64,000 nt of DNA from Amoebophrya sp. A120 (GCA_905178155.1 CAJINV010000013.1:1616281-1680280); one strand, 5' to 3'; positions 34,509 through 49,262 are shown, counted from the stretch's first letter. Program-made: numbers and translations. The notes: a model not told the origin generated them from the letters alone.

Positions 34509-36978
34509 TTACAGTATGCATAATGCATCGGTGTCGTAGGTGTCCTCGTCGGAGGCAGCGACGGCCGTGGAAGTGTATCATATTGAAAAGCGCCCCCACT
34601 CCACCAGATTTTCGAGGCATTTTCAAAGCAAGCTTCCCAATAGAAACGCGTATCAGCGTCACAAATTTTCGATACAGGATAGCAAAAATATAAACAAAAG
34701 CCACAGCAACAGTCGCAGTGGCACCTGTCATACAAAAATGCTTTACACAGCTAAAATCTCGGTCGGGCAAGCTCGTATTTCTTCCGTGCAAAACAAAACC
34801 TTGTAATAAATTCTGGAACTCTGCATCTAGACATGTTTGCCAATCTTGGTGGTGCTGGGCCACTTTTCCTGGAAATAAAGTAGGCTTGTTCTTTTTTTCC
34901 TTCCTCGTCCTACTTTTTTTCCTGCTGCTCTTTTTCACCGCCACAACAGGATCGTCCGCTCCTGCTTCGGCCAGGGTCTCTTTATTCCCGTCGGCGTGCG
35001 ACACGGTGTAGTCCTCGTGGGACCCCACGTAGTCCGCTTGCGCCTCAAGCTGGACGGCTTTCTTCGCCTGCTCGTCATGGTTCTCTCCTCCAAGGCCGTC
35101 GGCCTGGCCTGCTGGATCAAGACCATGGGGGTGGTTCGCCACGTCGCTGTGTGCGGCCGGGTCCACTCCGTAGTCGAAACTAGAGCGTAGGTGATGAACC
35201 TCACCGTGGTGATGAACCTCCGCAGGAAGTTGTTCTCCGCCCTGCTCGCGACGGTCGTTGACTATATCCAATAAATCTCTTCCAGCACCACGCTCTCCTC
35301 GACCACCGTGCTCGAGAGTAGCCTCTTCTCCGCTTTCATCGTTCGCTTCATCATCCAGGCGGCACCACAGCCACCAGAAACCCACGACCAAGAGAATCGC
35401 AAAGACAGTCACAGTGACGCCAATGATCAGAATCCACTTCTGTTTCTTCTCCTCGCTCATCTCGCCCCAAGAACCACCGTTCTCACTACTGCCACTGCTT
35501 TCGCCGCCCGTTTGAATCCGCAGGCTCATGGAAGCATCGTCCGGCGTGTTGCTGCTGTTGCCCTTTGCGCCCGTACTTTCACCTCCCCGACGTAATTGTC
35601 CGAGTCGGTGTTTTAGCCACGTGTCCTTGCCATTGCGTCTTTGATTTTCTTTCTCACCCGCCTCCGTACCATGGCGTTCTTGAACTCTTTTATTTTCACT
35701 GGTCCACCTTATCTCATTCACGCGCTGGGATGGCCAAATTATGTCATTCTTCGGAGCATCTGATGCTTCTAGAACTTCTCCTTTTTCAATTTCAACTCCG
35801 TGGGAATGATTTCCGCCACTGTAATCTTTTTCATCTTGCTCCCCGTTCATAACATTATCATCATCTTCCGGTGAAGCTGCTGCGGCACTAGACGCCACTA
35901 AGTTTTTTCCTGTTGTTGACGGCACAGCAGTGAGGTGGGTGCTGGGAGTACTATAAGTGCTTGCGTTGACTGGCACAGCTCCACCTGAGCTGGTCGTCGT
36001 GTTTTCTCGCGGTATCGTTGCGCTTGATGCCCTCCTCTCACGACGACCATCTCCAACTACAGCATCCTGTTGCTCAGTCAATATGGTCCCTGCTTTATTT
36101 GCTTCGCCGAAATCCGTCCGGTCCTCATCCTGTTGGAGTCTTGTCTCATCCCCGTCAGCACGCCGGTTGGTTGTAGCGGGCCACCCCTCGCTCCCCGAAC
36201 TTTTTCTCAAACCGCCCTTGTTCCTGTGTATTGCTGCTTCCGATTCGTCTGGAAGATGACCCGGCTGATGCTCACCTCCTTCCCGCGTGGTCCAGTAGGT
36301 CGGCCCCACTGGCTCCTTCGACAGAATCTTTATGTCCGAGGGAAGAGATGAAATCGGAGGCTGCTGACCCGCTAACACAAAAACGTCTTTTTCGTCGCCG
36401 AAGTCCATAAGGATTTTGCTTCCACTGCCTTTATTTTCCTCGTGGCCATGGACAACTCGCGCCTTTAATATTTTCCTTCTTCTCTCCAAAAAAGCGTGCG
36501 CCTTCGCGTCTGTGCTGCCGTCCTCTCGGCGTCGGCTGTAATCTGCATTTTCTCGTGCCGCTCGAGACCTCGCCAAAAGCGAAAAGGGACCTGCTTTCCG
36601 CTTATTATTCCTGTCAGCATCGGTTTTGATGGTGTTCTTACCCACGAATTCTGTACCATCTTCAGATTCGCGAAGATCGTCGTCACGACCTCGACGTTGC
36701 AGCTCCTGCGTCCTCACAACAGATCCTCGCCCTGCTTTCGACGTGTCATCCTCTTCGCTACTTCTCGAGACCGCAACACTTCTGGTGCTTCGGGCGCGCC
36801 GACGTTTGTTCCGGGTCGTTGTACTTGCTCCATCTGACGTTGTTGTAGTGTGGAGATAGTTGCCATGAACCTGCGCACCGACCACCGGGTGAGGGGAGGA
36901 AAAGTCCTGCACGTAGAATGGAAGGAGTGCGAAATGATGAATGGGGCGGTTGTGGAGAAGAACAGAAACGCGCTTCAT
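34509..36978 (-). CDS. Single-pass membrane protein of unknown function
   Basis: Long ORF with hydrophobic N-terminus and TM WILIIGVTVTVFAILLVVGFWWLW. The last exon lies after the introner at 34576-34877. Confidence 0.65.
34576..34877. mobile_element. Introner (TATCATATTGAAAAGCGC family), TSD AAGTG/AAGTA
   Basis: Imperfect ~35-bp TIR with the same left end as 38725. The spliced frame reads NKPT|STAVAASDEDTYDTDALCIL-stop. Confidence 0.75.
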
Positions 36979-37830
36979 TGCGAATGGCTCTCTTGCTGTT
37001 CTAGAAAGTACCTCGGACGTCGTGCCAGTTCCCTTTGTAACGACCAAAGGGCGGCGAGGCAGGTGAGAAAGATAAACTTTCAGGTGGTTCGTTTGTGCTC
37101 TACTTAGAGGTGCAATTATGGATAGCGGTACTAGTTACGTGTTGGGAGTTACTCGCAATTTTTTAATAGGGTTCCATCGGGGAGACAGATGTAAACCACG
37201 GCATACAACCACACATAAAAAACACATTTTGCAAATAAAGAATCTTATTCTGAGTAGGGTGTACACGATGACAGGGGGTGAGGACACGCATCCTTACAGA
37301 CCGCCAGGATCTGTTGGTGCGAAACCATATCTGTCCTGTGTATTGTTTCAGACGCAGTAACGTCGTCAATCTTTATTTGAAATGAAACCTCACAAAAATT
37401 TTGGTGAAACTAAACGAGTTGCACTTGCACGACAAGACGGAAGACACGGGGGACGCGAACGAATGTCCCATGTCTTCTAAAAACCAGCACGATGAGAGCG
37501 AGGCTGTGAACGGTTAGGCTTCTTGCGTGAAAGACGAAACGACGCAACGATTTTATTTTCATGCTGAACGACGAAGACCTGCAGTGCAATAGGGACAAAA
37601 ACACGACGGCCGACAAGCACATATACATCACACGATGGATGGGGGCACATGATCTAGTACACGTACAGAGAGAAATATCGAGGAATGAAAGCTAGCTGCC
37701 GAGGATCGTGCATGGCGGACCGTGCACGGCAGTCAACACGTCGGTCTTTGCCGTGAACAAGGTCAAGAAAAGATGAAATTGCATAACTTCCTCTTTCTCC
37801 ATTCAAAACCTGAGGTTTCAGAATATTGAA

Positions 37831-40053
37831 TCATTCCACGATTGCTACACAGTGTGATCCCCGAGCCGTCAGGTCCGCTATTTTGCAGCTTTCTAGTAGA
37901 GTACCGCAACTTTTTGCCGCCTTATCACCTTCTGATCCTTCTCCTGTCGTCGTGAAAGGGTCAAACAATGTCGGTTCCACGAAATCTTCCGGGAGACAGC
38001 CGGTGTTTTTCTTCCCCCATCCGAACAAACTCCCGCCTTGCGTGAGCAAAAGCGAGAACCGGCCGCCACCGATGAGTTTCTTTATCCGGTTTTGCGGGTC
38101 TGTGTCGTCTTCGACAAAGATTTTTCTGCTTTTTATTTCCGTCGCAGTTGTTCCCCCGCTGTCGGACGCTGCCGTTTGCGTACTTCCTGCTCCGCTGCTC
38201 TCCGCCTTCTGCCGTTCGCTGTGTTCTTCCAAAGTCCTGGAAATGCGGTGGGGGGAGAGCCAATTCCTGTTGCCCCAAGTGAACACTTTCCCGCACTCTG
38301 TCAGCACGTCGGTGTGCCCGTCGCCGCAAGCGAAATCCGCTACTTTGAGGCCGGCAAGCGGGAGTGCGCGAACCAGGCGGGGGAAGGACTGGGATTAACG
38401 AGTGGAAATTTTCATTTTTTGCTCAGAAACAGCTTGTAGCCTGATAAAGTAAATTTCCATCGACAAAAATGCGCGCTATCGTAGAAGGCGACACAGACTT
38501 CAGGTGAACAAATAGGGGGTCTACGTCTAGTCAGACCTGATCGACTCTGGTGCGGGTGCGGCGACGAGTAACTACAACTTCTAGAAGCGATGCATGTACT
38601 CACCTCAAAGGAGAAGTTGTCCCCCATAGACTCGTCTCCTAGCCCGAGCTGCGCCTGGTCGTTCCGGCCCCAGACAAACAGTTCGCCTTGCTTTGTCAAT
38701 GCCGCCGTGTGGTGCAGTCCGCAGTATCATATTGAAAAGCGCTTCGGCCCCAGAATTTCGAAGCGTTTACATCGTATCTATTCCACAAGACAAGTTTTCA
38801 AGCCAGAGTACGTAGCGAAAGTCTGTGTTTCACAGCGCCATAATGTAGTTGATGTCTGTCATGCTGAAGTTGCGTAACTAGCTTGAATTCTGAAACAAAA
38901 TGCGTCGCGTTCACGACTTTCTGCAACAGAAACATTTTCCGTGTGAAAAGTTTGCACGTCTTCTGCTGGTCGGGCGGTACTTTTCATTTTGATACGCAGT
39001 CGATCTTGACGATGCTGTCCTCCGCAACGCCGGCTGCCTCGAACTCGGAGTCGGGATAGTGCTCGACGAGTTCAAACTCAGCGGAGTCGGACACATCGCC
39101 CAACCCGAGCAGCCCATACTCCCCGCTGCCGGTGGTAAACACGCGGCCAGATTCTGTCAGCACCGCCGTGTGCTTTTCCCCGCAGGCGACCTGGTATAGA
39201 AAGATTTTGATTGGAGTACAAATCACAAACATAAAACTGCGAAAGTACTACAAAATTTTCGGATCGGTGAGGCTGCACCGCGGATGATCTTCAGCAAGGA
39301 CAAACTAGACCAACATTTCACGCGTGACTGTCATTATACTGTGCAGCAACTCTGTAGTACGCAAGTAAAAGTATCATACCTGTTTCACTTTCTCGCCCGC
39401 TAGTGTCTCCACCAAGGCCGGCTCTTCCACATGGTCCCTATCCGGCTTGAAACCCAGTGCCCCGGCGCCTCCGAAGAAGCTCCCTCCCCAGCCCCAGGCG
39501 TACAACTCGCCGGTTTTTAGGACCGCGGAACCGTGCTTCGCGCCTAGAGCAACTTGCCTACAGGCATGGGGCAGGTTCACCTGATAATGGCAATAAGTAT
39601 GCGCAAAAAAATATCAACATTTGCTGCGCGAGTCATCCGCTTACATACCCTGCAGATTTGCATTAAAACTTTTCTAAAAAATCCAGTCAGTAGTACTGCA
39701 GACAGCCGGAGGTCTACTCCCGAGACGTCACCTCCGCCAGTCGTTATCCTCCCGCTGCTATACTTATTCTTCCCCTGCGTCCACAGTTTTCCCTCGGTAC
39801 AAACGGCCGCCACCTGGTCCTTTGCAATGCTGGTCGAAACGAATTTTGGCTCACTTGCAGCTGCAGTCCCAGACGTATCAGCAACACCCTGCTCCTGCGA
39901 CGACGCTGCGCCAGTGCCCGTAGATAACTTACTCGGCGGCGTCATTTTTGCAGACGAGCGAGAGAAAAAGGACGAGCTTGCTTCGGACAGGCCCCAGCGG
40001 TAAAGCCCGCTAGAAGAGATCGCACGGGACGTAGACGAGGAGGCGGCGGACAT
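37831..40053 (-). CDS. RCC1-repeat beta-propeller protein (multi-exon, ends approximate)
   Basis: [84 protein letters not shown]. Confidence 0.85.
38725..38994. mobile_element. Introner, TSD CGCAG/CGCAG
   Basis: TATCATATTGAAAAG...CTTTTCATTTTGATA. Removal restores the RCC1 motif VKIDC|GLHHTAAL. Confidence 0.92.
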
Positions 40054-41299
40054 GTCTTTTGCTTGAATTTTTCTTTTGAGACTTGTGCGATTAGTAAAGC
40101 TCAATGCGTGGGGTCGACGCCCCGCCACGACCTGCTCGTGCTTCTTTACGATCTGAAAACCAAAACGCACGTGGAGTAGACGTTAAAGAAAAAAAAACGC
40201 AATCAGAAAAGAAAAAGCGGGATCAATTGTTATCACACTGATTGTTGAGCTGCAACTCTGTCCAGGCTTACGCAAGAGAGCTTCTTGACGATCTGAAGAA
40301 AAGTGGAAACCGGATCCTTACGAACTACAAGAGATCCTGATACCATGTGACCAGTTCCGAACTGTCGGCACTCAAAAGGAAACCTTCAACCAGAAAAAGT
40401 TGAATTCGGTTAGCAAAAGAGATCGAGCATGATCTTCGGGATGATCCGTTTCATGATATTCATGACACCCGCAAGCCCAGAAGAAGAGCCTGATTGATCC
40501 GCAAAAGGCAGCAGATCTACATCTCCTTTGTCGAACACCACACAAACTGCAGTCTGAAACGCGCCTGCGTCTCGCCTTTCGCATTTAGAATTGCTGTATA
40601 CAACCGGGAGTGAATTTTGATAAGTAAGTAAGTATCTTCAGTCTTGGGAATCGAAACCTGAGTCGGGGCGGGGGAGCGCTTGGACCTTGTGAAGAGTGTA
40701 CTTCGAAAGAACGCGGCGGGGGTAATAATTCTCACGAAAGGCAGTAGGTGGACAATATGAGAAATAGAGACTGCAACGAGCACTATCTTCCAGCATTTTT
40801 TTAGAAGGTAAAGCTACTTACACCGCACCATGCATAATATTCCGGGCAGTTTACACTGCCAAAACAGATTTTCTCGGCGCTGGTGCAATTTGGGCATTGT
40901 AATCATACAAACTAACAGTGGTTTTAAAACAGTACGTAGGACTCCATGCTCTTATCGAATTCGAAACTTTTACCCGGTACGTTTTCTACTCTTCTATTCG
41001 CAAAATTTAGCTCGATTAAAAGTAGTACTTACTTTATTCTTTGCGCCATCCGCAGCATTCGCAAAACATTGAAAAAAGCGTCCTCGTGCTACTAACCCTC
41101 TTCCGGCCGTCGCACAGCAATCGCACAGCTGTGAAAGCGACCGCGAACGGTAGGGCGGGAAACAATGATTGTTGCAATTTACCTCCCATAAAACCATTCT
41201 CTACTTACCTTTAGTTTCAAGAAAAAGACATTGAAACGCCGCTCCTTCTCAGTGCTTGATGAAGGAGCGGTCTTCACTGATTTTGATATTGATTTTTCG

Positions 41300-41480
41300 T
41301 GTGCTAGTGTTACGATTAGAATCAGAATAGTGTGCTAGTGTTACGATTAGAATTCCTCCTTGCCTGCAATAAGACCAGCACCCTCTACTTGAGAGAGAAT
41401 GGCTGTTCCTATCGTGTTGCGTGTTAGAAGTGTTACGATTAGAATTAGAATATCTTAATGTAGTTACCTTACGATTAGAA
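41300..41480. repeat. Cluster of TTACGATTAGAA repeats (x4)
   Basis: GTGCTAGTGTTACGATTAGAAT twice plus two further partial units. Confidence 0.65.
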
Positions 41481-41647
41481 AATTCGAAATAAAACCGAGG
41501 GAAAAGAAAAATGGCCCCGACTTATGACATTTACAGCAGTACTTCTATAGCAGCCTTGGGGTGCAAGGCCACACACAGGACCACTGCTATAACATCTGAT
41601 TCAAAAAAAAGCCGTCGAAACATGAAAAAACTTCACAACCGTCTTCC

Positions 41648-44600
41648 CTACACCGTTTCGTCGTCCTCCGCAGCGGAGACCTTGCGTCCCTTCGGCGGCG
41701 CCATCCGTTCCGCGACGAGGCGCTTGTTCTCCTCCTCTTGGCGCTCCCACTCCGCCAGAGCCTTCGCTCGCGCTTCCGCGATTTTCTCTTTTCTAGCCGC
41801 GACCTCGGACCCCTCGGCGACAGTGGAGGAAGACAAAGGGTTTCGCCGCATGAAAATCTCCTCCCCCGGAAGCTGGATCTTCAAATCCTCCTTCTTTTGC
41901 TTCTGTGCGTCCGGCGAGACACAGCTGTTGCCTGTGATCAGATTTTCAATTTGTATTGCAAAACGGGTCGTGAAGGCACTTGAAGTAGACGGATGAATGA
42001 GGAATCTCAAAGGGTGGATCGAATTCTATCAAGGTATGCAATGCAAACCTCGATCTGGTGACGCAACACTCCTCATAAAAGCTGCGATGCCTGTGTGGCG
42101 ACGGCTCCCCACTGACGTAAATCTAAATTGATTTCCGATGAAAAAAAGAAAAAACAACTACCTGGCGAGATATCGGTGACCATCATGCCTGGTGGTATGA
42201 CTTGGTTTGGTTTTGGCAGCAGCCCGACTTTCCCCGTCTTGTGGCCGAAGAGCAATCCGAACTTCTTTTGCCAAACGAATCGGTCCTCCATGTTCTTGTC
42301 GCACAGCGAGATGGGTATCCGGCCGATCTGCACGACGGACTCGAAGAGGGATTTTTTCTGCCCGTCGTTCGTCGAGGTTTCCTTCGCCGGCTGGTTAATC
42401 TCGATCGACAGAAAATGCAGCACCCGGTGAATCGGCGAGCAGCTCGACGTGCAGCCGAACGGCATCAGTTTGTTTTTCCCCTTCAAAGTGTTTGGCTCGG
42501 ACAAATTCACCTCGATCACCCGCTCTTCCTCGTCAAAACTCCGGTAGCGCATGGTGTCCGGGGTCTCGATCACGTTCGCCAAGTGGGGGGTCACGTCCGG
42601 GATTTCGATCGTCACGTCCTGACCCGAGGGGTCGTTGGGGGAAAACTGGGTGGAATCGAGCACGTGGGTGTGGAGGATTCTGGACGTCCAGGTGGTGGTG
42701 AAGTGGTGCCACTCTTCCTGCAGCACCTCGAAGTGGTTGGACTCGTCTTCCTGCTTGAAGCACTTCGTCCCCACCGGTGGGTACAGCGTGTAGTCCTGGT
42801 AGTCGTCCTCCGTCATTTCGCTGCCCACCGGCTGCCCGCTCATGCAGACCACCTCGGTGAGCCGCACGAGGAGCTTCTTATAGACCGCGGGCCGCTGGCT
42901 GGACGTGGAGCAATTTCTCAGTTTGAAGCTGATGGTCAGTGGCTGTTTCGTGGGATCCGCGGTCTGGTCGTCGTTCGTGGCGGGGAGGGGACCGAGGTCC
43001 GCGCGACTCAGCCGGTTGAAGCTCGGGCTCTTCTCCATCGCGCGCTTTTCGACTTCGGACGTGTAGGTGCGAGGGATGTTGTTCAAGTAGAGACAGCTTG
43101 GCTTTATCGTCACATTCTCCAAAACGGCCTCGGTGGTCTCGGATTTGCTCCCTGTGATTGTGACATTATTTTTGTGGTTGATTTGTTTTCCGATAAATTT
43201 TAGGCTGAGGTTATTCAAGAAGGATGAGATCTGCAGTTCATCATCATCTCGTTGCGCAATTTGGGCAGGACAACAACACACCATACCTCTAGAAACCCAA
43301 GGAAACCAAAATTATCAATTTACATGGTGGCTTGCAGAATTTGTCCGTTCCAGGTAGAATGATTGGCACACTGTCGGCTTTTATCTGGTGCTTCCCTTGC
43401 ACGTCATTAGCATCGCGAATTGCAAAGGGATTGTCGATGAGCGCCTTGGCGCCCCCTTTGCCCTTCTGCCCGGCCTCCTCATCCTCCTGTTTTTTTTTTT
43501 GGTAGTAATGATTGATGTATTGACGGTGCAGTCAAATGCTTATGGATATGATTTACATGGTCTTTCAAAGAACCATCTTATCACTACACACACTCAATTC
43601 GATAACAACCCCAAACATTCACAGTACCTCTGCGTCCTCCCCTTCGAGAGATTTTGATTTTGACGCCTTGGCCTTCTTTTTCTTCCCCCCCTCGGGACTT
43701 GCGCCCCCGCCCGCCGGAGCCTTGCCCCCCTTCTTTCGTCTTCTGCGGCCGCGTCGCATCTTGGCCGCCTGTGCGCCGAGAGAAATGATTTCGCCGCCCT
43801 CGAAGCCTTGGGATTCCACTCCCTTCTCAATGCACTCCTGTCGGTTGCGCTCCAGAATTTCTTCCGCGGATATGTACCTAGAAGTGTTGTGATTTTGGAG
43901 GATATTGCTTGTAGGCGATTCTTTCAACAGGAAAACAGGACCCCCTTTGGCTTATTTTTTCACAAGAGTGCTGCTATCCTTCAGGGCACATAAACTACAT
44001 GTTGCCACGAGAAGTTTCAGGCACGATACCACAGCATACACGAGCAATGAAATCCAAATCCTACACATGAAAACACAAAAAAAGGCCCTAGCGTACTTTC
44101 CGGTGTTCACGTCCAACGTTTCGCGCCTGACGTTGAGACTTCCGCACACGATGCTGCCCTGCTCAAACGCCTGTCTGGCGAGCGGGCTGAAGTACACGTT
44201 CCCCGTGCCGTGGCAGGGGAAGTACATGGACGTCTTCATGTAGATCGGTTGCGCCATCTCCTGATTCCTCACGAACAGCTTCGCCTTCACCTTGTAGAAT
44301 ACGCCCGCGCACTTGTCAAAGGCCTTGTCCTTGAAAATGCCGTCCGGCGTGGTGGACGGGGGGTAAATCTCTTTCATCGGCCACTTTATCGCGAAGCTCC
44401 ACTCGCGCCCGGCGGTCTGGTACACCGGGAGCCCGCCCGTCGTCATGCGCGGCTTCAGATGCGGAGGGGTATCGTCACCGTCCACTCCTGTTGTTAAGGT
44501 TGTCGTGTATTGTGGATTTTTGTAGAATGACTGCTATACTTTTCTTCTTCTGATGGTACTCAGTGTGCTCTGCACTGTCACAACACGCAGTGTGTGATTA

Positions 44601-45158
44601 TATCATATGACTCTAGCATCGCATCAGAAAAACGAAAATCTCATGTGCATAAATCATATCGAAAATTATCAATACTTTCTGTCTCCCAAACGACGAACTT
44701 TTCCTTGATAAATTTTTCCCTCCCAAAGTAGCACTGTCCGTCGCTCCACCACTTTGCGATGGCGCGGCCCGTTAGTGTCATTTCAAGTCTCTCCATGTCC
44801 TGGTGCATATCGCGAAGCAGCACTATTTGACCGGACAGTTCCTGTTGTTGGAATTTATTTGAAAAAATTGCGATAAGGTTTTCTTTTATGTGCATCATGG
44901 CAAGTGGAAAAAGACCATGTAAAAACGGTAACATACGCTCTTGCACCTGCAAACCAAAGGAGGACCTAAATCAAAATAAGTATGAAGTACCGCCCCTGGA
45001 AAGACCACCGGCACCTCGGCGGAGTCCAGACGAAGCTTGAGCAGCGGCGAAAAGTTGACATTGTCTGACTGCTGCGTCGCTCCCCGGCGGGGACAATACA
45101 CTTTCGTACTGTCGAAAGGCCTGTTCCGCCTACCCATACTCAGCGCGCCGACCTTCAT
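41648..45158 (-). CDS. Multi-exon hypothetical protein, possibly with arrestin-like Ig folds
   Basis: GC-rich coding blocks at 45158-44990, 44485-44097, 43878-43628, 43260-42162 and 41930-41648. WSFAIKWP...YPPS...VFYKVKAKL resembles an arrestin N-domain (weak). Confidence 0.5.
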
Positions 45159-46013
45159 CTACGCAGAATTTTTGCAAGTCTGCAGAATTCTGAGAGGCTC
45201 CTGCTCCGCGGGTCGGCGGGGAACTTGTTTCTTTCTTACCTGCCCTGCGAGGAGGCCTCTAAAACTTGCGTTTTGGGAAAATAAATTGAAGAGTCTTTTG
45301 ATCCATAGGAACTCCAGGTTGTGAAGTTCAATAGCGATGTTCTCACTGAAAAAATGGGGAAAATTGCAAACAGAATGCTCGATTGTCAGGAGTTTAATTT
45401 GATGTGTCACGGGTAGACCTGGTGGTGAGAAGAGTTATTCAGATTGAGTCGGAAAATCCTTGAAAAGGTATTGTGGACGAAAATGTTGCAAAGTACGGAG
45501 AAGAGCGACGCTTTATGTTGTCGCACGGAAGTAGTGTGTTGCACGACGTTGATTGATGCACGGTAGTACGTTAGGACCGATAGTTTCGTTCAATTCTTTC
45601 TGTAGCGCTGTACGAAGTTGATACGCTGCACATCGGTGGACCGATCTCAGGAAAGAAGCTGCTCTTTTCTTTCTTCTTTAGTACGTCGCAGGGTGCACTA
45701 TGGATGAACTGACACACCAGTGCCGGAATACGATACTGGCCACTACTTGTAAGTATCCACACTGCACGAACCGAAAGTGGCATTCACTCACTGAAATCAG
45801 GACACCGAGATTAATCTTTATCAATCAGGACGAACATTAAACCGCTCTGTCGCCTCGAGCCGAGGAATCGGCTTCGGCTGCTTGCTGTTTCATTCGTTGA
45901 AGTACGATGCGAACGCGCGATGAATAAGTACGGAATAGTACCATGCTCTTTATGGCGCAGTGTAAGTTGTACTCAGTAGCAACAGGGGAATGATTGGGAT
46001 ACAACATCACCAC

Positions 46014-48547
46014 TCACCCGCCCGCACTCCCGCCTGCGGGCACCAGCTGCAGATACTGCAGCTTTTTCCCGATTGCCTCTTCATCCAAGGTGCAGCTTGC
46101 CGCTGAAAAGTTCGCACCTCCCGCTACATTGCCGTAAATGGCTTTCAGATGCGCGTTGACCAACGGGACGAACAGCTGCTGAAAATTTTGCACGAATCTC
46201 CCGAACTCCTCCGACACACCGCCCGGACCGCCGCTTGTTATCCCGTACTGCAAGTGGCCGCTCAGGAACTCCTGCTGGTAATTTCGCAGTACATTCATCA
46301 CCCCCTCGACCGTGAGCCCGAGTTGCTGGATTATCGGCCCCTTCGCCTCAAAGATCGCGCACTGCCGGAGTTCGTTGAACAGGTTGATAAAATCGTTGGT
46401 CAACACCGCCAACGGCCGGTGCTGCATCAACTTGTGCGCGTTCTCGATCATAAACTGACTGCTGGTCGAGGACTGCTGCGCGGAACTGACCCCGAAAGCG
46501 GACGATCCGGTTGAAGTTGTACTTGTGCCCGCGGAGCCGACGAGAAAGTCAAAGTTGCGCAAGCCGGTCTGGAAATTCTCCAGAGCAGCATCCAGCCTCG
46601 TGGTCACGAGAAACAGCAACCTTTTCACGAACAAGAGCTGCACGGCCGGGAAAAATTGGCAGTGAAGCAGCTTCATCGTGTTTGAGCAGTGCTGCACGCA
46701 CTTCTGAATGGTCGCAATACCCGCGGCGTCCAGGTCCTGGAGCGCGGAGTCATTGTAGATTTGAGTCGGTACTACGGAGGTGAGCTGCCTGTTCTGCTGC
46801 ATCGTTGTACTACCAGCACTGCAGGCAAGTTGGGACTGAAGTAGGTCAAAAAACCAACGGAGTTGAAGCTGCAACCAGTTGGAAAAAACAACTTCGGTTT
46901 GCCGGGAGTATGCAATTGGAAAGAAATCTTCGAGGTTGTGATGCGATTCATGAGCAGCGTTATCAGTGGATCGCTCCTTCTCCTGACACGTTGCTATGAA
47001 TGAAACGCGAGAAGACGATAGAGCAGACTTGTATCAGAAGTACAATCACAGTCAGGATAGGTCTAGTATCATTTATCGAATGATGATGTTTCGTGCCAGG
47101 CCACGCAAGAACGTGCGCGCTACGCATCACAACCAAAGATGGCTTGTCTCCATTTCATACCCTGTCTTGCCCGCTGACAGACTGGAAAAAAAGCGCCTTG
47201 TAGTGCATTCCAATGTCGAAAACCTGAGTATTTTCATAGTAACCCATGATCAATAGACTGCAACTTCGGCGCCGCAAAATCGTTCAGGCGAAGCAAAACA
47301 AAATTATCAACAACGAGACACGTGGTAGAACATGATTTTCCAACACTAAGAACCGTACGTAGGTCCGCATTAGGTCGGTTGCGGCTCGCAAACACCCCAC
47401 GGGGTTCACATTCGCCAGGTTTTTCTCGATCTGCTTCTTGTGCTTGTCAATGAACGCCGCCCGCTGTTCCAGGAATAGTGTCCGAATCTCGGCCTCGTTG
47501 TAGCTGCCCAACCTCCTCAAGTACCCGATGACGCGCACGCACGCGGGTAGGTGTATATCCGCGGCAAGCTGATTGAGCAGAGACTCCTCAAAATGCGTTC
47601 GCTGCCGGGCGACTTGCGCTTCGAGCAGCTCGAGGAGCGCGGAGTGATTTGGAGAGCTTTTCGATTCTGCTGCGCTCGATGCTGCTCCCGCTGTAAGTGA
47701 AGAAGACACGTTATCTCCAAGGGAGGCGTTGGAAGCAATAGCAGCTCCTGATGAAGACACTCCAATCCGGTTCTTCATGAAAGCGGAGTGGAACAAGTGC
47801 TGACAGAAAGACAGGAGATCTAGCGTTTCGTCAAACATGTTGGCGCGAATGCAGGCGTCGAGCAGCTGCGGCACTTCGAGGAGTTCCTGAATCGTAGTGA
47901 GCTTCGTCAAAACGTTGGTGAGTTTCGTCCGCTCATTGTTCAGCGAGGGGGCAATGTCGTGGTAAAAGGCTTCCATTTGCTGCTTGATGCTTGTTGGCAG
48001 GTTGGCGATGCTGCGGTATCGCTGCAATATTTCCGGGAATTCCTCGTCGCTGACAGACGCTGCGAGTGTGGTGTTGCTCAGAAACGAACCGACGTTCTGT
48101 CATGTGTAAAAGCCAATGGGAAAGTCCCATCCATTTGTGCATCATGATCTCAGTACGTGCATCACGCATCAAAAAATTTGTCTTGTATCACCCGCCCTGC
48201 ACAACATCAAAGCCAGACATTGTAGTTGCACGCACAAAACCAAATACCTGACTCGCCAAGTTTTCCATTTCGTGCCGCAAGAAGTGCAGCTCGTTCTTCA
48301 GACTGGCCGGCTCCTGGCATATTTTGTCGTAGGAGCTCGCACCGAGAAAGGGCACATAGGTTTTCGCCAGTTGGTAGGTGAGACACTCCGGGTCGCAGTC
48401 CTCTTTTGCCAGGAGGAGGGGAAACAAGTTTTCGATGGAGCTCGGGTTCGGGTCTTCCAGCCCGTACTTCTTTGCCATCGTCGAAAAGTCCTCCAGCTTC
48501 GAGGAGGCCCCCGAGGCTGGATCCAGGGACACGGAAATGGGCTCCAT
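46014..48547 (-). CDS. COG8: Conserved oligomeric Golgi complex subunit 8 (Dor1-like), 3+ exons
   Basis: LLEVPQLLDACIRANMFDETLDL, LPACVRVIGYLRRL, HRPLAVLTNDFINLFNELRQCA. Confidence 0.88.
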
Positions 48548-49262
48548 TTTGTATTGCCTATACTTCTGCTTGGAGGCTTCGGTACTAGTAACTCCCTGAT
48601 ATCAAAAATACGTGGGCCGAATCATGCGATTCGTACAGACGACATTGCGAAATTTACTTACGACGTGCAGTACTGCGTCCTTGTTATTCCGACTGAGCGC
48701 TGCAGCCGAAGCTGCTACTAGCAGAGTTTACAACATCTACTTGCCTAAGTTGCTTTCAACATCTGACAGAAAATTATTCAGCGAAGGTTCAACGGTATAC
48801 GATTGAGAAGGCAAAGCAAAAGGAAAAGATGCAGAGATGACACTGAAAATAAAAGCGGCGGAGCTATCGGCTCACGGCCGAGCCGATTTTGCATGAACAG
48901 GCAAGGTAATGACCTGCCTACAGGTGTCGACCAGCTGAATAGAATTTGAAATCGCCAGAAGTGCTTCATCAGATATTGATTCCACCAAACAAATGGGCGG
49001 ATGCCAAAAATGCTAGGGGAAAAGCTTTGGCGCACCAAGCCCACAACCTTTAATATCATGTGCGTTTGCTTTATTCTCACGGATAGAATACGTCACCTTT
49101 CGTGGAACAAGGCGTAGAAGTTCCTTAGTATCTACTACAGGAGGTAGGTAGCGGTCGTACTAGAACTGAACTCGCGGAAAAGATCCAACTCCACACTGTT
49201 CAAGACAATGCTGCAGGTGCAGCAATAGAATCGACTACGCACGACATCTTCAAGGCCCAATC

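Noticed and set aside
43879-44096. Possible additional introner with a GAAAG direct repeat
   Set aside because: No TIR is present, and a canonical GT-AG join gives the in-frame TGK|YISAEE.
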